Origin: the human T2T-CHM13v2.0 reference genome, Homo sapiens
Assembly: GCF_009914755.1 (NCBI RefSeq)
Contig: NC_060927.1
Length of the DNA stretch: 64,000 bases
Reading direction: 5' to 3' (one strand)
Below the pieces are notes generated by a model. That model did not search any database and was not told where the DNA came from. It was given only the letters and a program-made list of their open reading frames with translations. The stretch's first letter is position 1. Each line of letters starts with the position of its first letter. Positions 38,537 through 52,337 of this stretch are shown piece after piece. The translations under genes and the position numbers were made by a program.

Positions 38537-41036
38537 GTTTATGAGGAAAGAAAGTGCCAGTTAAACTGGCTGAATGGCAGTTTTATTTCATATGGTACAT
38601 TAATAAGTGAGCACCCCATTTTATATACTAGTTTCTCATTAGTTCTTATATATTTTAAGTAATCAAAATGACCCAGGCAAGGTAAGTTCTGAACCTTCAG
38701 GGTGAGGCCTAGATATTGGACCATGGAAATTCACTGGCATAACTCAGTTTATTGAATTCTCATGGCAGCCCAACCAGCACCTTGCCTGCTACCTTTGTAA
38801 TGTGCTTCTTCTAAATGTTAGCATAAACAATCTGCATTTTTTTGAATTATCCCGGTGATTGCTTCCCTGGTGCAACTATGATTAAAAATAAGACAGATAA
38901 GTTCTACCCCAAGTAGCTTACAAAATGTAAGCATTATAATACAATACAGAAAGCAAGAATCCCCTTAAGTAGCAGTAAAATCACAGGCTGCAAGAATGCA
39001 GGGCAGGCAGAAAGACTTCCAGCTGCAGGAAGCAGAGACAGCTTCATAAAAGAGGCAACACTTAAGAGGTTCTTACGTAATAAGTAAGCAGTACATTTGT
39101 AGAAAGGTTGGAGAGGGGTATTCTGGGTATGCTATGAGTAATCCAGGGAACTAATGCTCAACCTAGGAAGTCTAGATTTTATGAACTTATGGATCCCTTT
39201 ATAACTCCAGAGCAACTGACAGAAAGATGGAATAGCATTCCATTGGCTAGTTGTCTTGCCCAAATAACTTGTTTGACAAAAACCGTGCCTCCAGGGAACA
39301 GAAGGGTCAGTAGTCATTTGAGTATCTGCATATATACAAAGACACATATACAATGAGAACAACTGAGGCAGAAATTGAAAGCAAAGCTCTCAGTGTCTAT
39401 GTCAGAGCCTTTCCCCAGACGGTGCTAAGTAAAATATGTAAGCACTTAAGGTTAGCTATAAACTATTCCTTTGGGCAAGGAAATAAATATTATTACAGGA
39501 AACTACAGCAATTTTTTGACATCAGGAAAAGAATATAGTCCTGCAAAGTCCTTTTAGGTCAAGGAAATTAGCTTCTAGGGGAAAATATATTTAAAAACAA
39601 AGAGTCAGATAATGTTTTCAGAGCAAGTTTTCAGAAGGCAGTCTATTTCCAGTTTATGCTATCTATAGAGCGTCTGTGTAAAGCTCTTTAAAAATGTAAA
39701 CACCTAATTGCATTTCAGTATGATAAGACCATAAAGTCTTTAAGTCTCCACAGGTATTTATGAGTTCTTGGTCATAACTTTGAAAGCCCTTTTCATAATT
39801 ATGCCTATCAACATATTGTGAAAAAAAATCATTGAGGAGCTTACCCTTGGCTTTAGAAATAGTATATACCATCTAATTATTATTTTAATATAAATTATTT
39901 CCTTACCATTAGATTAATATCTAGCCCAGAGCACATGTAATTGAGAAATCTGTTTTTTTATTTTTAGAATCATACTAAATTTTTAAGTGACTGATTTTTC
40001 AAAAAAAAAAATCTTCTACTCATCAGAAACAGTTTGGGATCTGTAAAAATCCCCTAGTTTATTCCAGACGTAAATTTCCCCAAAGACTTTTAGCACCTAT
40101 TAAGTTTTTGTCTCCCTAGGTATGAGAGTTTGCTGTCAGTTAAGAGGAAATTTATAAGAAAATGTTAAAACCAGCTTAAATAACTTTCTAGTTCTATTTA
40201 ATGTTGGTACAACTTCAATGAAAACATTTCAAGTCAGCATTTCAAATTCAGCTGCCAAGACTCAGGTAATATTTCCTGGACTCAATCATATGGGCATGAA
40301 ACACTGCAGTTCTATCTTCAAAGTCCTTTGAAATCTGTCTCATGATATCTTTAGAAGAAAATATTCCAAAATGAAATGAAGAACTTCATTTTCAGCTGAA
40401 TTTTCTTAACGTCTGTCACCTTCTTAGGTGTGGGTTCTGAATTTTAAATATTCCTCTTTTTGAACCTGTGGAGATTGTAAAAGGCTACATCCCTAGTGAA
40501 AATTGGTTTGAGATAATTCCCTGGAAAACTTTTGTCAAGGTGTACAGTTGTCACTTTGGTTCATGTTAGAACCAGGAGAATGTAATATGTAATAATGACT
40601 AATGCCCCTTTAAAAGAGCATTTCTCTCTTTTCTTGTCTGCAGATATTTCTCATGTCTATAGGTACCGCACGGGCAAGAGCCATACTTTAGATAAATACA
40701 GGTTTTGAGTTTTTTTGTTTTTTGTTTTTTGTTTTTGGTTAATATACTGTCTCTCTCAAAATCAAAAATAAAAGCTAAACACTTGAGGCTGCTTATAATA
40801 CAAGTTATATATAATAGGCCTGTTAAAATAAAACATTTAGACCTGTAGAAGAAGGGGAATGTGTACTTTAATAATGACTTAGTTAGTATTATTAGTGTTT
40901 TGAGTTTCCTAGGATTCTGAGCCAAAAGAGAAATCGGCAAGCTGTTAAATAAAGTTCATTATATGAAAAACGGTGTTGAAGAGAGACAACTTTCTCCTGA
41001 CTTTAAATTATACATTAAATGTGTTAGTTGAATCCA

Positions 41037-41734
<698 letters not shown>

Positions 41735-42389
41735 GATATTTAGACAAGGGATATCTGCTAATATAATGGACAGTGTCTTGTACAGTAGTTTTTCAGCAAC
41801 TGTTGAAAAACTATAGGACTGTCTCCTTATAGCAAATGACAACCCTTGAGAGCATACCTTACATAAAAATAAAGATATTTTTATTTTCCTCACTGCCTGT
41901 TATATCAAATGTTGTTAAATCCCTGCTAGAGACAACATACCCACCTCTGAACCAGACCACCTTGTTATTAGAAGAGAGCCATCCTTTGAAGTCACACACA
42001 ACAACACTGCTTAATGGCTAGGGAAACAAAGGCTATTATTAATCTAAAATGCTTTAAACAGGGCTTAGAGAGAATGAAATAAGCAGACTGGAGTTTAGCC
42101 ATGGTGCAATGCTTTGAGGGCGAAAACAAAGCCATCCATTTAGATAAGCTTTGAAAAACACTGTGTAGAGGGGAATTCTTCTAGAAAGTGTGTCTTAACT
42201 TCTACAATCCATTTGATACTCAAAATTTTTGTGTTCCTGCTTTCAGTGGCACTTCCTATAAAAATCCATTGCCTTTTCCTTCTTCATCAAAGTCTTTTTA
42301 AGCTTGGGGAAAATAGACTTGTCAAAAACATGTCAAAGACAATTACATTTGAAATTTTAAGTCATATGAAAGATGTAATTTGAACCCCA

Positions 42390-43500
42390 AGACTTATAGA
42401 CTCTCTGGACCTCAAAAATTATTTAGGTCAACCCTATATGATTTTTGAATTCCCTCCAGGAAAAACCTAACTTATCTGGATCTCTTCTGCCAAAGACACT
42501 CCCAGTAATAGAAACTTCTGTGGAGAATTATGCCCCTTAGGGAATTTTTATGTAATAAAATGTTTATCCCTAGATAGAGCCATTCACTTTTAAGCCAGAC
42601 GCCTGGTGCAGCACAGGAAATCCCAGGTTTCCTTTCTGCCACACTCTTCCGAATATTCAAAGACAGCAGCTCTTCTGTCCCCAGGTTCACCAAAGTCATT
42701 TCTTTGTTCACCAGGCTAAATGTGTCAGCATTCTTGGGTTGCAGTTAACCAAAATAACTCTAGCTAACTCAAGCAAACAGGAATTTTATTGGAAGGATAT
42801 GAGGGACTTAGAAAACCCCTGGAAGAAGCAGTTTTGAAACTAAATGAATCTAAGGTGTCCCTCTGGGATTAGGAAACAGGAAAGGCAGAAGCTGTATATT
42901 TACAGGAATAGTTTGATCAGGGTGCCCCTGCTGAGTTCATCAGGTTCTTTGTCCTGCTGTTCCAGGAGGAAGGAGTTATGTATGACTATTGTAGCTTTGG
43001 TTGTAAGACACAGGGAAAGGGAGGGCCTCTGACCACAGCCTTACCAGATTGAATCCAGTGAGAACAGCTATCCTCAAAAGAACATATGAGTACTATGAAA
43101 ACGGGAAAATGGATACTGAGTAGGCGAAAACAACAACAATTAAAATAATGTTGAACACCATTCTTTCATCTTCATGTGAAGTGGCTTTGAGTCCCATCCG
43201 TCTTGTTCCTGTGAATCATCCAGTGTCCTTAGCTGCCCTCTTAGTTGGTGTTAATTTTTTCAATGACCCTCTCAAATGGTGGTGCCTTGTAGCTCTAGCT
43301 GCAGTTTGATCAGCGCAGAGTAGAATGGGGTTATCCCCTCCCGCATTCTGGATGCCGTATATCTATTAATGCTGCCCAGGATTATGTTCATGTTTTTGGC
43401 ACTCTCATCTGCCCATCGAGTCAGACTGAGTTTAAAGTCACCTAAAACCTAGTAATTAATTTTCTCACCGTTTCTCTAGTCTATGCCACATCTGCCCCCA
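42390..43500 (-). mobile_element. L3/CR1 LINE fragment, interrupted by an LTR
   Basis: 'tttgatcagcgcagagtagaatggggttatcccctccc...ctattaatgctgcccaggatt...aagtcacctaaaacc' and 'ttcaccaggctaaa' match antisense L3. Confidence 0.65.
42721..43160 (-). mobile_element. Ancient MaLR LTR (MLT1L-like)
   Basis: 'ttcttgggttgcagttaac...ctagctaactcaagcaaacaggaattttattggaaggatat' and 'aaatggatactgagtaggc'. Confidence 0.6.
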
Positions 43501-43509
43501 TCATTATCA

Positions 43510-44395
43510 TATCTCTTCCTGTGCCTAGAATGCACTCTTCTACTTTCTGTTATTGCCTAGTTAACACTTCCTTTTCCTTCAGACCTCGCTCGTATTACCT
43601 CTTACTGAGACTCAATTTCCCTTTTATAGATATTTATAATACTATACACTTTTCCTTTACAGTACCTCATATGATATAATTTCACATTTATGAATGTGAT
43701 TATTTGGCGTCAAGATGGTCTAGAAAGAAAATCTAAATTTCTTATTACATGATCTAGCCCAAACCTTAGCAGCCAATCTCATTTCTTACCACTCCACTCA
43801 CCCATCCCACTGGCCTTTCTGTTCCAGGAAAACACAAATCCTGCTGTTTCCTTAGGGCCTTTGCACTTGATGTTCTCTCTCATTCCCCATTCTTTGTCTG
43901 ACCACTACTTATCATCGATTAGATCTTAGCTCAAGTAATACAAAGAGAGGCCTTCCATGTTTAACCTAAAGAAATTCCATCATCTTTTGTGCCCCCAACA
44001 CACACCAAAAGTCCATTTCTATCATAAGACTGTCCATATTTTCTTCTTAGCACATATTACTGCACTAACTTATCACATTCATATTTGCTTTATTTGCTTT
44101 ATTGTTAGTCTCTCCTTCCACTGAAATGTGAGATCCTTAAGAGTAATGGCATTATTTGTCTTATTTATTGTTGGATACCTAATTCCCAGAAGAGTGCAGG
44201 GCCCACAGTGGATGCTCAGGAAGTATTTGTTGAATTAGTGAATTGAAGAATGGTCATAAACAGAATAAATTGTCTTTTCCAATAGAGTTTAAGTTTCATG
44301 AAGGGAGCAACCGTATCAGTTTTGTTCACTATTGCATCTTTAGTACATTGCCTGACACATAGTAGGTTCTTATTACAAATATGTTTCATGAATGC
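43510..44395 (+). mobile_element. L2 3' fragments (two, nested or tandem)
   Basis: 'cttagggcctttgcacttg', 'gctcaggaagtatttgttgaatt' and a second end 'tgcctgacacatagtagg'. Confidence 0.7.
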
Positions 44396-44808
44396 AATAC
44401 CATATTTGCACTATTAGTGTTTTTGAGCATTCATAGGGACATTTATATTTCAGGGATATTTATGTTCAGACCTGACTGATACACAATATGTGAGCTTTTC
44501 CTCTCAATTCCCTATCATGAGGAAAAGAAATTGGCATCTTATCTCTACCTCCACCCAAAGTAATCGGCAATTTCATTGGAGAAATTTTTAGCCACCACTG
44601 AGACTAGTTCTGCATAAGAAAATTAGACTGAGATCTAGCAATTTACTAGGGCCATCAGTTTAATTATGAATATCCAATGTGAGTAAATCAGACTTCAAAT
44701 GATACATGTTTTTCACCAAATTGCTTAGTAACTCTGTCAACTCTTCCATTCATTGATCTCTAAAATTGGAAGACTTGAGGTGAAATTCCAGTCTCCTAAT
44801 GTGTAGTT

Positions 44809-44972
44809 CAGTGTTTCTCTGACTTTGGGAGCATATAAATCACCTAAGAACCTTAATAAAATGCAGAATCTGATTCAGAAAGTTTGGGATGGGGCCTGAG
44901 ATTGTGTGTTTCTTATAAGCTCCCATATGTGACATAGCTGCTGACCTCAAACCAAACTTTAAGTAAGGAACT
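44809..44972. mobile_element. MER5A-like
   Basis: 'aatcacctaagaaccttaataaaatgcagaatctgattcag...ggatggggcctgaga'. Confidence 0.7.
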
Positions 44973-44984
44973 AGATAACCCTGG

Positions 44985-45200
44985 ATAATAATAGCAAACA
45001 CCAGTTGTAAGCAAGTGTAGCACTTTGTAGTTTTCAAAGAACTTATTTGTAAATTAATTTTTAAAAATCCCTACAAAGACACAATTATTCAGGTATAGAT
45101 GAGGAAACTGAAGTTGAGAAAACTGACACCTTTAATTGAAGTCGCACAACTAGAAATTTAACCAAGTTTCTCCTTCCACAACTGCAGTTGTTTCCCCTTC
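44985..45200 (-). mobile_element. MIR
   Basis: Core 'tagatgaggaaactgaag'. Confidence 0.6.
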
Positions 45201-45499
45201 ACATCATCTGTCTGGACCACATTCACCCACTCATTCACAGTAAATTTAATTATGCTTCCATCGTGCCCTACTCGAGGGGTTGAAGATACAGCAGTGAATG
45301 AGAAAAAGATCTTACCAGGTTTTCTGATGTGTAAATGGAATGATTGGCCCTTCCCAACTCCAGTGGTCTGTGATTCTATTACGGTGTGCCATGTTTAAAA
45401 AATGAAATTATAGAATTAAGGCATTATCTTAGGTATCATTTTCTACCTCTGTGCTCTCAGAATCAATAAACTTAAATTCAGCTGATCATCACCGTCATA

Positions 45500-46440
45500 C
45501 AAAACTTCCTCCCACATTCTTTGTCTCATTGCAGACAAGCATATCGGAGCCAAATTTCACGCTATCCAATCAATAATTAATTCTCCTCCTAACTGTTCCT
45601 CCTAAATTGTATTGTTTTGTGCTCCTCCTGGCCACTGCTGCCCTAGTTCAGGTTTTCTCTTGTCTAGTCTGGCAGTGTCTAGAAGCACTTTCTCTGGTGA
45701 TGGAAATATTCTATGTCTGTGCTAATGCAATACAGTAGCCACTTGCCGTATGTGGGTATTGAGCACTTGAAAGGTGACCAACGCAACTGAGGAAGAGAAA
45801 TTTTAATTTTCCTTAATTTTAACGTTAAGTTTAAGTAGCCACATTTGCTTAGCCATCTCTTGGACAGCATGTGCCTGGATCCTTGCAGGAACTTTTCTGC
45901 CTGGTTTCCGCTGGCTTCTTCTTATATCTAAATTGATTTTCCTCATTCATTCACCAGCATGATCTTTCCAAAATGTAAATCTGATGATATCACTCCCATG
46001 CCTTAAGTTCTTATCCTGGGATAAAGTCTTTGCTTCCTATGTGACTGGCAAGGGTCTTTGTGACCTGACCCCTTTCTGAACCCACCAGCCCCGCTTTCTG
46101 CCTCACAGTTAATGCTCTGACAATGAGCTACCACCTTTTCTGCATGTCGTCCCCTGTATGTATCTAACTCCTACATATCCCTTAAGAATCAGTTCATCTC
46201 CATGAAAAATTATCATTGATTCATCCCCACCCAGGACCTCTACTATGTTTTCAGGATACTCTATAGATACATATATCATTTCAGGGAACCACATTATTTT
46301 ATCTGTCTCATATTTATTGGTGGTGATAGTGGAAATTCACCAGACTGTGAATTTCCTAAAGGGAAGGGTTATTTCCAATTCATCTTTATTGACTGAGACA
46401 CTACCATAGGTAGTGAGCACTACTAGCCATTGAATGAATG
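45500..46440 (+). mobile_element. L2, split by MER3
   Basis: 'gatctttccaaaatgtaaatctgat', 'cagactgtgaatttcct' and terminal 'ttgaatgaatg'. Confidence 0.65.
45673..45870. mobile_element. MER3 (hAT-Charlie)
   Basis: 'gtgatggaaatattctatgtctgtgct', 'gtagccact', 'tattgagcacttgaaa' and 'ttggacagca'. Confidence 0.8.
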
Positions 46441-46694
46441 GGAGATGAAAAGAAGGAGAGATGGAAGAAAGGAAAGGGGGATTAAACCAGCTAGTATCAA
46501 ATTTTAAAAATAAATATTGGCTGTTAACTGTTCGGGAATCTCAATTTTTCAGTTAACTTTATTTTTTTTTACAGTTGATAGCTAGTATAAATCTCAGTTA
46601 GACATATTTGGATTTTTGGAGGACTAGTGGATAGGTTTCCTATAAACAATTGATCATTTGAATTTAGTTTCAGTTGTACAAAATAAAAGGCATT

Positions 46695-47121
46695 CAGGCA
46701 CTGAAAGACAAATTTTGCACGTTCTCACCCACATGTAGAAGCTAAAAATTAAAACAATTGAACTCGTGGAGACAGAAAGTAGAATAACAATTACCAGAAG
46801 GAGGGAGGGGTGGAAAAGGGGTGATAGTTAATGGATACGAAAATGTAGTTAGACAGGATGAAGAAAATCTATCATTCAATAACACAATGGGGTGACTATA
46901 ATCAACAATAATTTATTGTATATTTTGAAATAACTAAAAGCACAAAATTTGAATGTTCCTAATACAAAGAAATGATAAATGAGGTTATGGATACCCCACT
47001 TACCCTGATGGGATCATTACACATTATATGCCTGTATCAAAATGTCACATGTATCCCATAAATATATATGCCTATTATGTACCCATAGTAATTAAATATA
47101 CATTTTTAATGAAGAAAGAAT
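46695..47121 (+). mobile_element. 5'-truncated L1MA2/3 with a perfect 14-bp TSD
   Basis: L1MA 3' UTR ('ggtgactataatcaacaataatttattgta', 'tgcctgtatcaaaat'); TSD aaataaaaggcatt at 46681-46694 and 47122-47135. Confidence 0.9.
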
Positions 47122-47262
47122 AAATAAAAGGCATTGTATCTTCTCTACATAGACAGATTATTTTAATCAGCCAAATTATATTTCCTTTTGCTAAAATGTC
47201 TGAGCTTTGACTATATTGACTGGTGGACTTTTAAAGCCAGAAGACACTAAGTTCAGCCATAT

Positions 47263-48002
47263 TGTAACTGCTCAATGGGTTCACCCTGCCTGCTGCCTAG
47301 ACAGAGCAGATTTATCAAGACAGGGGAATTGCAATAGAGAAAGTATAATTCACTCAGAGCTGGCTATGTAGGAGACAGGAGTTTTACTATTACTCAAATC
47401 ATTCTCCCTGAGCATTGGGGGATCAGAGTTTTTAAGGATAATTTGGTGGGTTGGTGGGGAGCAGGGGGCAGTGAGTCAGGAGTTCTGATTGGTTGAGTTG
47501 GAGATGAACACATAGGAAGTCGTAGCTGTCTTCTTGCACTGAGTCAGTTCCTGGGTGGGGGCTGTAAAATCAGATGAGCCAGTTTATTGATCTGGGTGGA
47601 CCCAGCTGATCCACTGAGTACAGGATGTGCAAAATATCTCAAGCACTGGTCTTAGATTTTACAATAGTGATATTATCCCCAAGAGCAGTTTGGGGAGGGA
47701 AGAATCTTGTAGCCTCTGGCCTCACGACTCCTAAACCATAATTTCTAATCTTTTGGCTAATTTGTTAGCCTACAAATTAGCTGGGGTCTAATCCCCAGGC
47801 AAGAATGGGGTTTCTTATGGGAAAGGGCTGTTATTGTCTTTGTTTTAAACTATAAACTATAAACTGAGTTCCTCCCAAACTTAGTTTCCATCCCAATGCC
47901 CAGGAGTGAACAAGGACAGCTTGGAGGTTAGAAGCAAGATGGAGCTGTTTAGGTCAGATCGCTTTTCACTGTCTCAGTTATAATTTTGCAATGGCAGTTT
48001 CC
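47263..48002 (-). mobile_element. LTR8/LTR8A ERV1 solo LTR, 4-bp TSD ATAT
   Basis: Starts tgtaactgctcaatgggttcacc; ends gtctcagttataattttgcaatggcagtttc; atat on both flanks. Confidence 0.9.
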
Positions 48003-49224
48003 ATATCATTTTTCAGAGGAAAAAACTATACAACTTACCCATGATTAATCAGTAAGTTAGTGGTGAATTCAGTAGAAACTGGTGTGTATATGAACACATT
48101 CTTGAAGTCTAAATCTGGAAAGAAAGGCATTTTGTTTTTCAAATACCTACTTCAGAGGAGTTTTGTTTGCTTTTTTTTTTTTTTTTAATGACAATGATTT
48201 TGGTTGAGATTTTACTTAAAACAAAAGTTACAAAGTTGTGCCGCCTTTGGTACTTCATGCTGTGCCAGTTAACAGTGGGGTGGGTCATCTGTCTATGAAC
48301 CATGACCATTTTCAGTTGAAAGTTAGGGAAGTCTGCCTTATCTCAAAAGCCCTTGCCTTCAGGCTTCTGTTCAGATGGTATCAGCTGGAACAAATAAGCT
48401 GAGATTGCATTTGCTGTTTTTTGTGCTAATCTCAAGAACATTCCAAAAATGGTTTGTCAGCAGCTGAACTGAGCACAGAATCTGTGGGCATGACCATATT
48501 TCTCCTCACAAGAAAAATCACTTTTTAAGTTTCTTGGAAGTTGATTACAATGTGCTTTTTGCTCCCTCTTCAAAAGTAAGATAAGTATCGGAATCTGTCA
48601 TTTTCTGCTTTGGATGTATGCCTAAACAGCCAAAGAAGCGCATCAAAACCAAGGAAAAAAATGTGGAAAGGCCAACCTAAATGTATATAGGGTATAGTCC
48701 ATCCACAGACTATAGCTACACAGACAAAGTGAGGTGAAGAACTTGGCAGTTATCTGAGGGATTTTCCCAGTTTGGTTGATGCACTCGACCATCCAGAGTT
48801 CCTCTTGTTAAGTAACTTTTTGTCTGAATTTTCTGAAAAACAGAAATAGCACTAAAGATGAATCCTGAACTCTGAATAATTGTATTGTAAGTCAGAAAAA
48901 ACTTTTTGTGATCAGCCACTAAAAGGGAAGTCACAAGAAGAGTCCACCACTACTACCACCACCACCACCACCAGAGCAAACTTGTTTACAGCCTCTCTGA
49001 GTCATTACTGTGCTAGGTTTTGAACACAGAGAGCAAAAGGACTATATTGCATGAGCTTATAGACTGGTGAGGAGACAAACAAGGAGGTGGACAGTTATAA
49101 TCAGGATGGGCACCCATGTTGACCCCCTTCTTCTGGTGTTTCAGCCATTTGATGCATCATCTATGGACACACAGATGTTTCCTCTGTATACACTGTCTCA
49201 CAAGTGACACTGTGTATTCATCAC

Positions 49225-49917
49225 CACTCTTCAGGTTGCAAATGACTGAAATCCAACCCAAACTGGCTTATGAGGCATTTTTGACAACTTTATTGAAGTA
49301 TAATTTACATTCCATAAAATTCACTCATTTTAAGTGTACAACGCAATGATTTTTAGTAAATTGTACTAAGTTTTGCAACTATCACCATCATCTCATTCTA
49401 CATTATTTTCATAATATTTCAAAGGGAATCTGCTGACTCACGTATCTGAAAATTTCAGGGTTTGCTGTATGTGCTAAGGGAATATCATCAAGACTTCATT
49501 TTTGTTGGTTTCATTCTTAGCCAATCTATTCCCTGGTGAAACGACAAATGACCCCTAGCGGATTATCTACCACCTTAGTAACCCCAGCAGAAAACATATA
49601 CCTCTTTTCCAGTTGTTGGAACAAATGTCTTAGGATGACACACATTTATCCTGATTGGTCTAGGCTAGGTCAGGTGTCCACTCCTGAACCAATCGCTTTA
49701 ACCAGGAGTGTGTGATGCTCTATCTTTGGCCATGTCTGTGTCACATGAACACCCCAGCAGCCAGAGAATGGTGTTACAGCCACCCAAAGTACATGGTCTG
49801 AAAGTGGGGAGACATGATTTCCCAAAGGAAAATTGGGATTATTATTATTATTATTATTATTCCTAGACAAAGAGAAATGGATGCTGTGCAGGCAATACAG
49901 TAGATGTCCAATCCACA
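49225..49917 (-). mobile_element. MLT1K-like LTR containing an antisense L1M 3' fragment (~49278-49420) and (ATT)n at 49838-49861
   Basis: 'ggttgcaaatgactgaaatccaacccaaactggctta' continues after the L1 as 'aaagggaatctgctgactcacgta'; end 'aatggatgctgtgcaggc...gatgtcca'. Confidence 0.72.
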
Positions 49918-50393
49918 GGAAAATTGTGATCAGAGTGACGTTGCTTCTTCCCTTTTGAATCCCCTGTAGTGGTTATCACACAGCCTTTTATATAGCAAGT
50001 ACTCAAAAAATATCTGTGGATTGGTCATGGACAGGCTAAAACATAGAACAGACCAACAATGACAGACTTTTACTTTCTTATTTTATTGTTGGGGAAGGCT
50101 AAAAAATTAGGAGTATGATTTCAATTATTAAAGCTAATAAACTGGGGCTTATCTGAGAGGCCACATGGGAGCATGATGGTCAGAGAGCGGCTGGATGTGT
50201 GTCAGAACTCAAAAGCAGATTGCAGTCAGACTCTTCCCCTGTGTAGGCATTGAGTACGTAGATATATACACCCACACACACAGACAGTTGACCCTTGAAC
50301 AACTAAGGGGTTAGGAGTACCAACCCTCTGCACAGAAAGAAATTCACATATAACTTTTGACTCCCCAAAACCTTAACTATCAATAGCATACTG

Positions 50394-50717
50394 TTTTTGT
50401 TGTTGTTGTTGTTTGTTGTTGTTGTTTTAAGAGAGACAGTCTTGCTCTGTCGCCCAGGCTGGAGTGCAGCAGCAGCATAATCGTAGCTCATTTTAACCTC
50501 TAACTCCTGGGCTCAAGCAATCCTCTAGCCTCACCTTCCCAAGTAATTGGGACTACAAGTGCATGCCCCCACACCCGGCCGATTCTTTCATATTTTTTGT
50601 AGAAACAGGGCCTAGCTATGTTGCCCAAGCTAGTCTCAAACTCCTAGGATCGAGTGATCTTACTGCCTCAGCTTCCCAAAGCACTAGGATTATAGGCATG
50701 AGCCACTGCACGTGGAC
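50394..50717 (-). mobile_element. AluJ with (TTG)n tail
   Basis: 'aactcctgggctcaagcaatcctc' and 'ctatgttgcccaagct'. Confidence 0.88.
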
Positions 50718-50770
50718 TAATAGGCTACTATTGACTAGAATGCCTTAATGATAACACAGTTTATAAACAC

Positions 50771-51407
<637 letters not shown>

Positions 51408-51631
51408 TACGCTGTATTCTTACAATAAAGAAAATAAAATGTTATTAAGAAAATTATAAGGAAGAGAAGAATATATTGACTGTTTATTAAGTGGAAGTGC
51501 ATCATCATACAGGTCCTTATCCTCATCCTCTTCAAGTTGAGTAGGCTGAGGTGGAAGAAAATGTGTGTATTAGTGGACTTGCACAGTTCAGACCCGTGTA
51601 TTTCAATCCCGTGTTGTTCAAGGGTCAACTG

Positions 51632-51655
51632 TATATCTATCTATCTATATCTATA

Positions 51656-51691
<36 letters not shown>

Positions 51692-51704
51692 TATATATAT
51701 ATAT
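51632..51704. repeat. Compound microsatellite (CTAT)n(CTGT)n(CTAT)n(AT)n
   Basis: Read directly, starting at the TA next to the right Tigger TIR. Confidence 0.9.
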
Positions 51705-52236
51705 TTGGCCTTTCTTATTGCTCTTTCATCAGAAGAGTAATGCTAGTGAATGATCTGGAATTCAGTGGTATACCATAAGCTGGCAAGAAACCTGGCAAAT
51801 TGTAATTTATATTCACAAAACATTTTTTTCAAACTATGCAAATCTTTACATCTAACAGAAAAACAATAAGCAGAATTCTAGAACCTTTGGAATAAATAAT
51901 TCAGTACCAATAGATACATTAAAGTATATTGTTTATAGAAAGGATCAGAGTTGAAAATTGTTAAGGAACAACCTGTATTTTAAAAGTAAATTTTATACCA
52001 TTTTTCCTAAAAGGAATATGGTTCACAGCAAATTTCAGATCCATAAAAACTTTATCTTCTAGTGACTTTTAAGATTCTCTTTCTTGACAGGAACTTCAAG
52101 AATGGCAAGATATTTCTTTCTTCCACTTAACTGCAATGTGACTATGAAGATGCTGTAAACATTTGCAAATTAGGTTGTAAATAGCAGCAATGAAAGCATT
52201 AACTCTCATAGCCACATTTTCGGAAGTGCACTTTAC

Positions 52237-52337
52237 ATTATGTGGAGATAGGTATTAAGAAATAAACCTGAATGCTTATATAAAAATTATGCTGGAGATA
52301 GGTATTCAGAAATAAACCTGAATGCTTATATAAAAAT
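52237..52337. repeat. Direct tandem duplication, period 50 bp
   Basis: tggagataggtatt(a/c)agaaataaacctgaatgcttatataaaaat at 52243-52287 and 52293-52337, one mismatch. Confidence 0.95.

Noticed and set aside
52237-52337. CRISPR-like or array interpretation of the direct repeats
   Set aside because: Only two adjacent copies, no spacers, human DNA.
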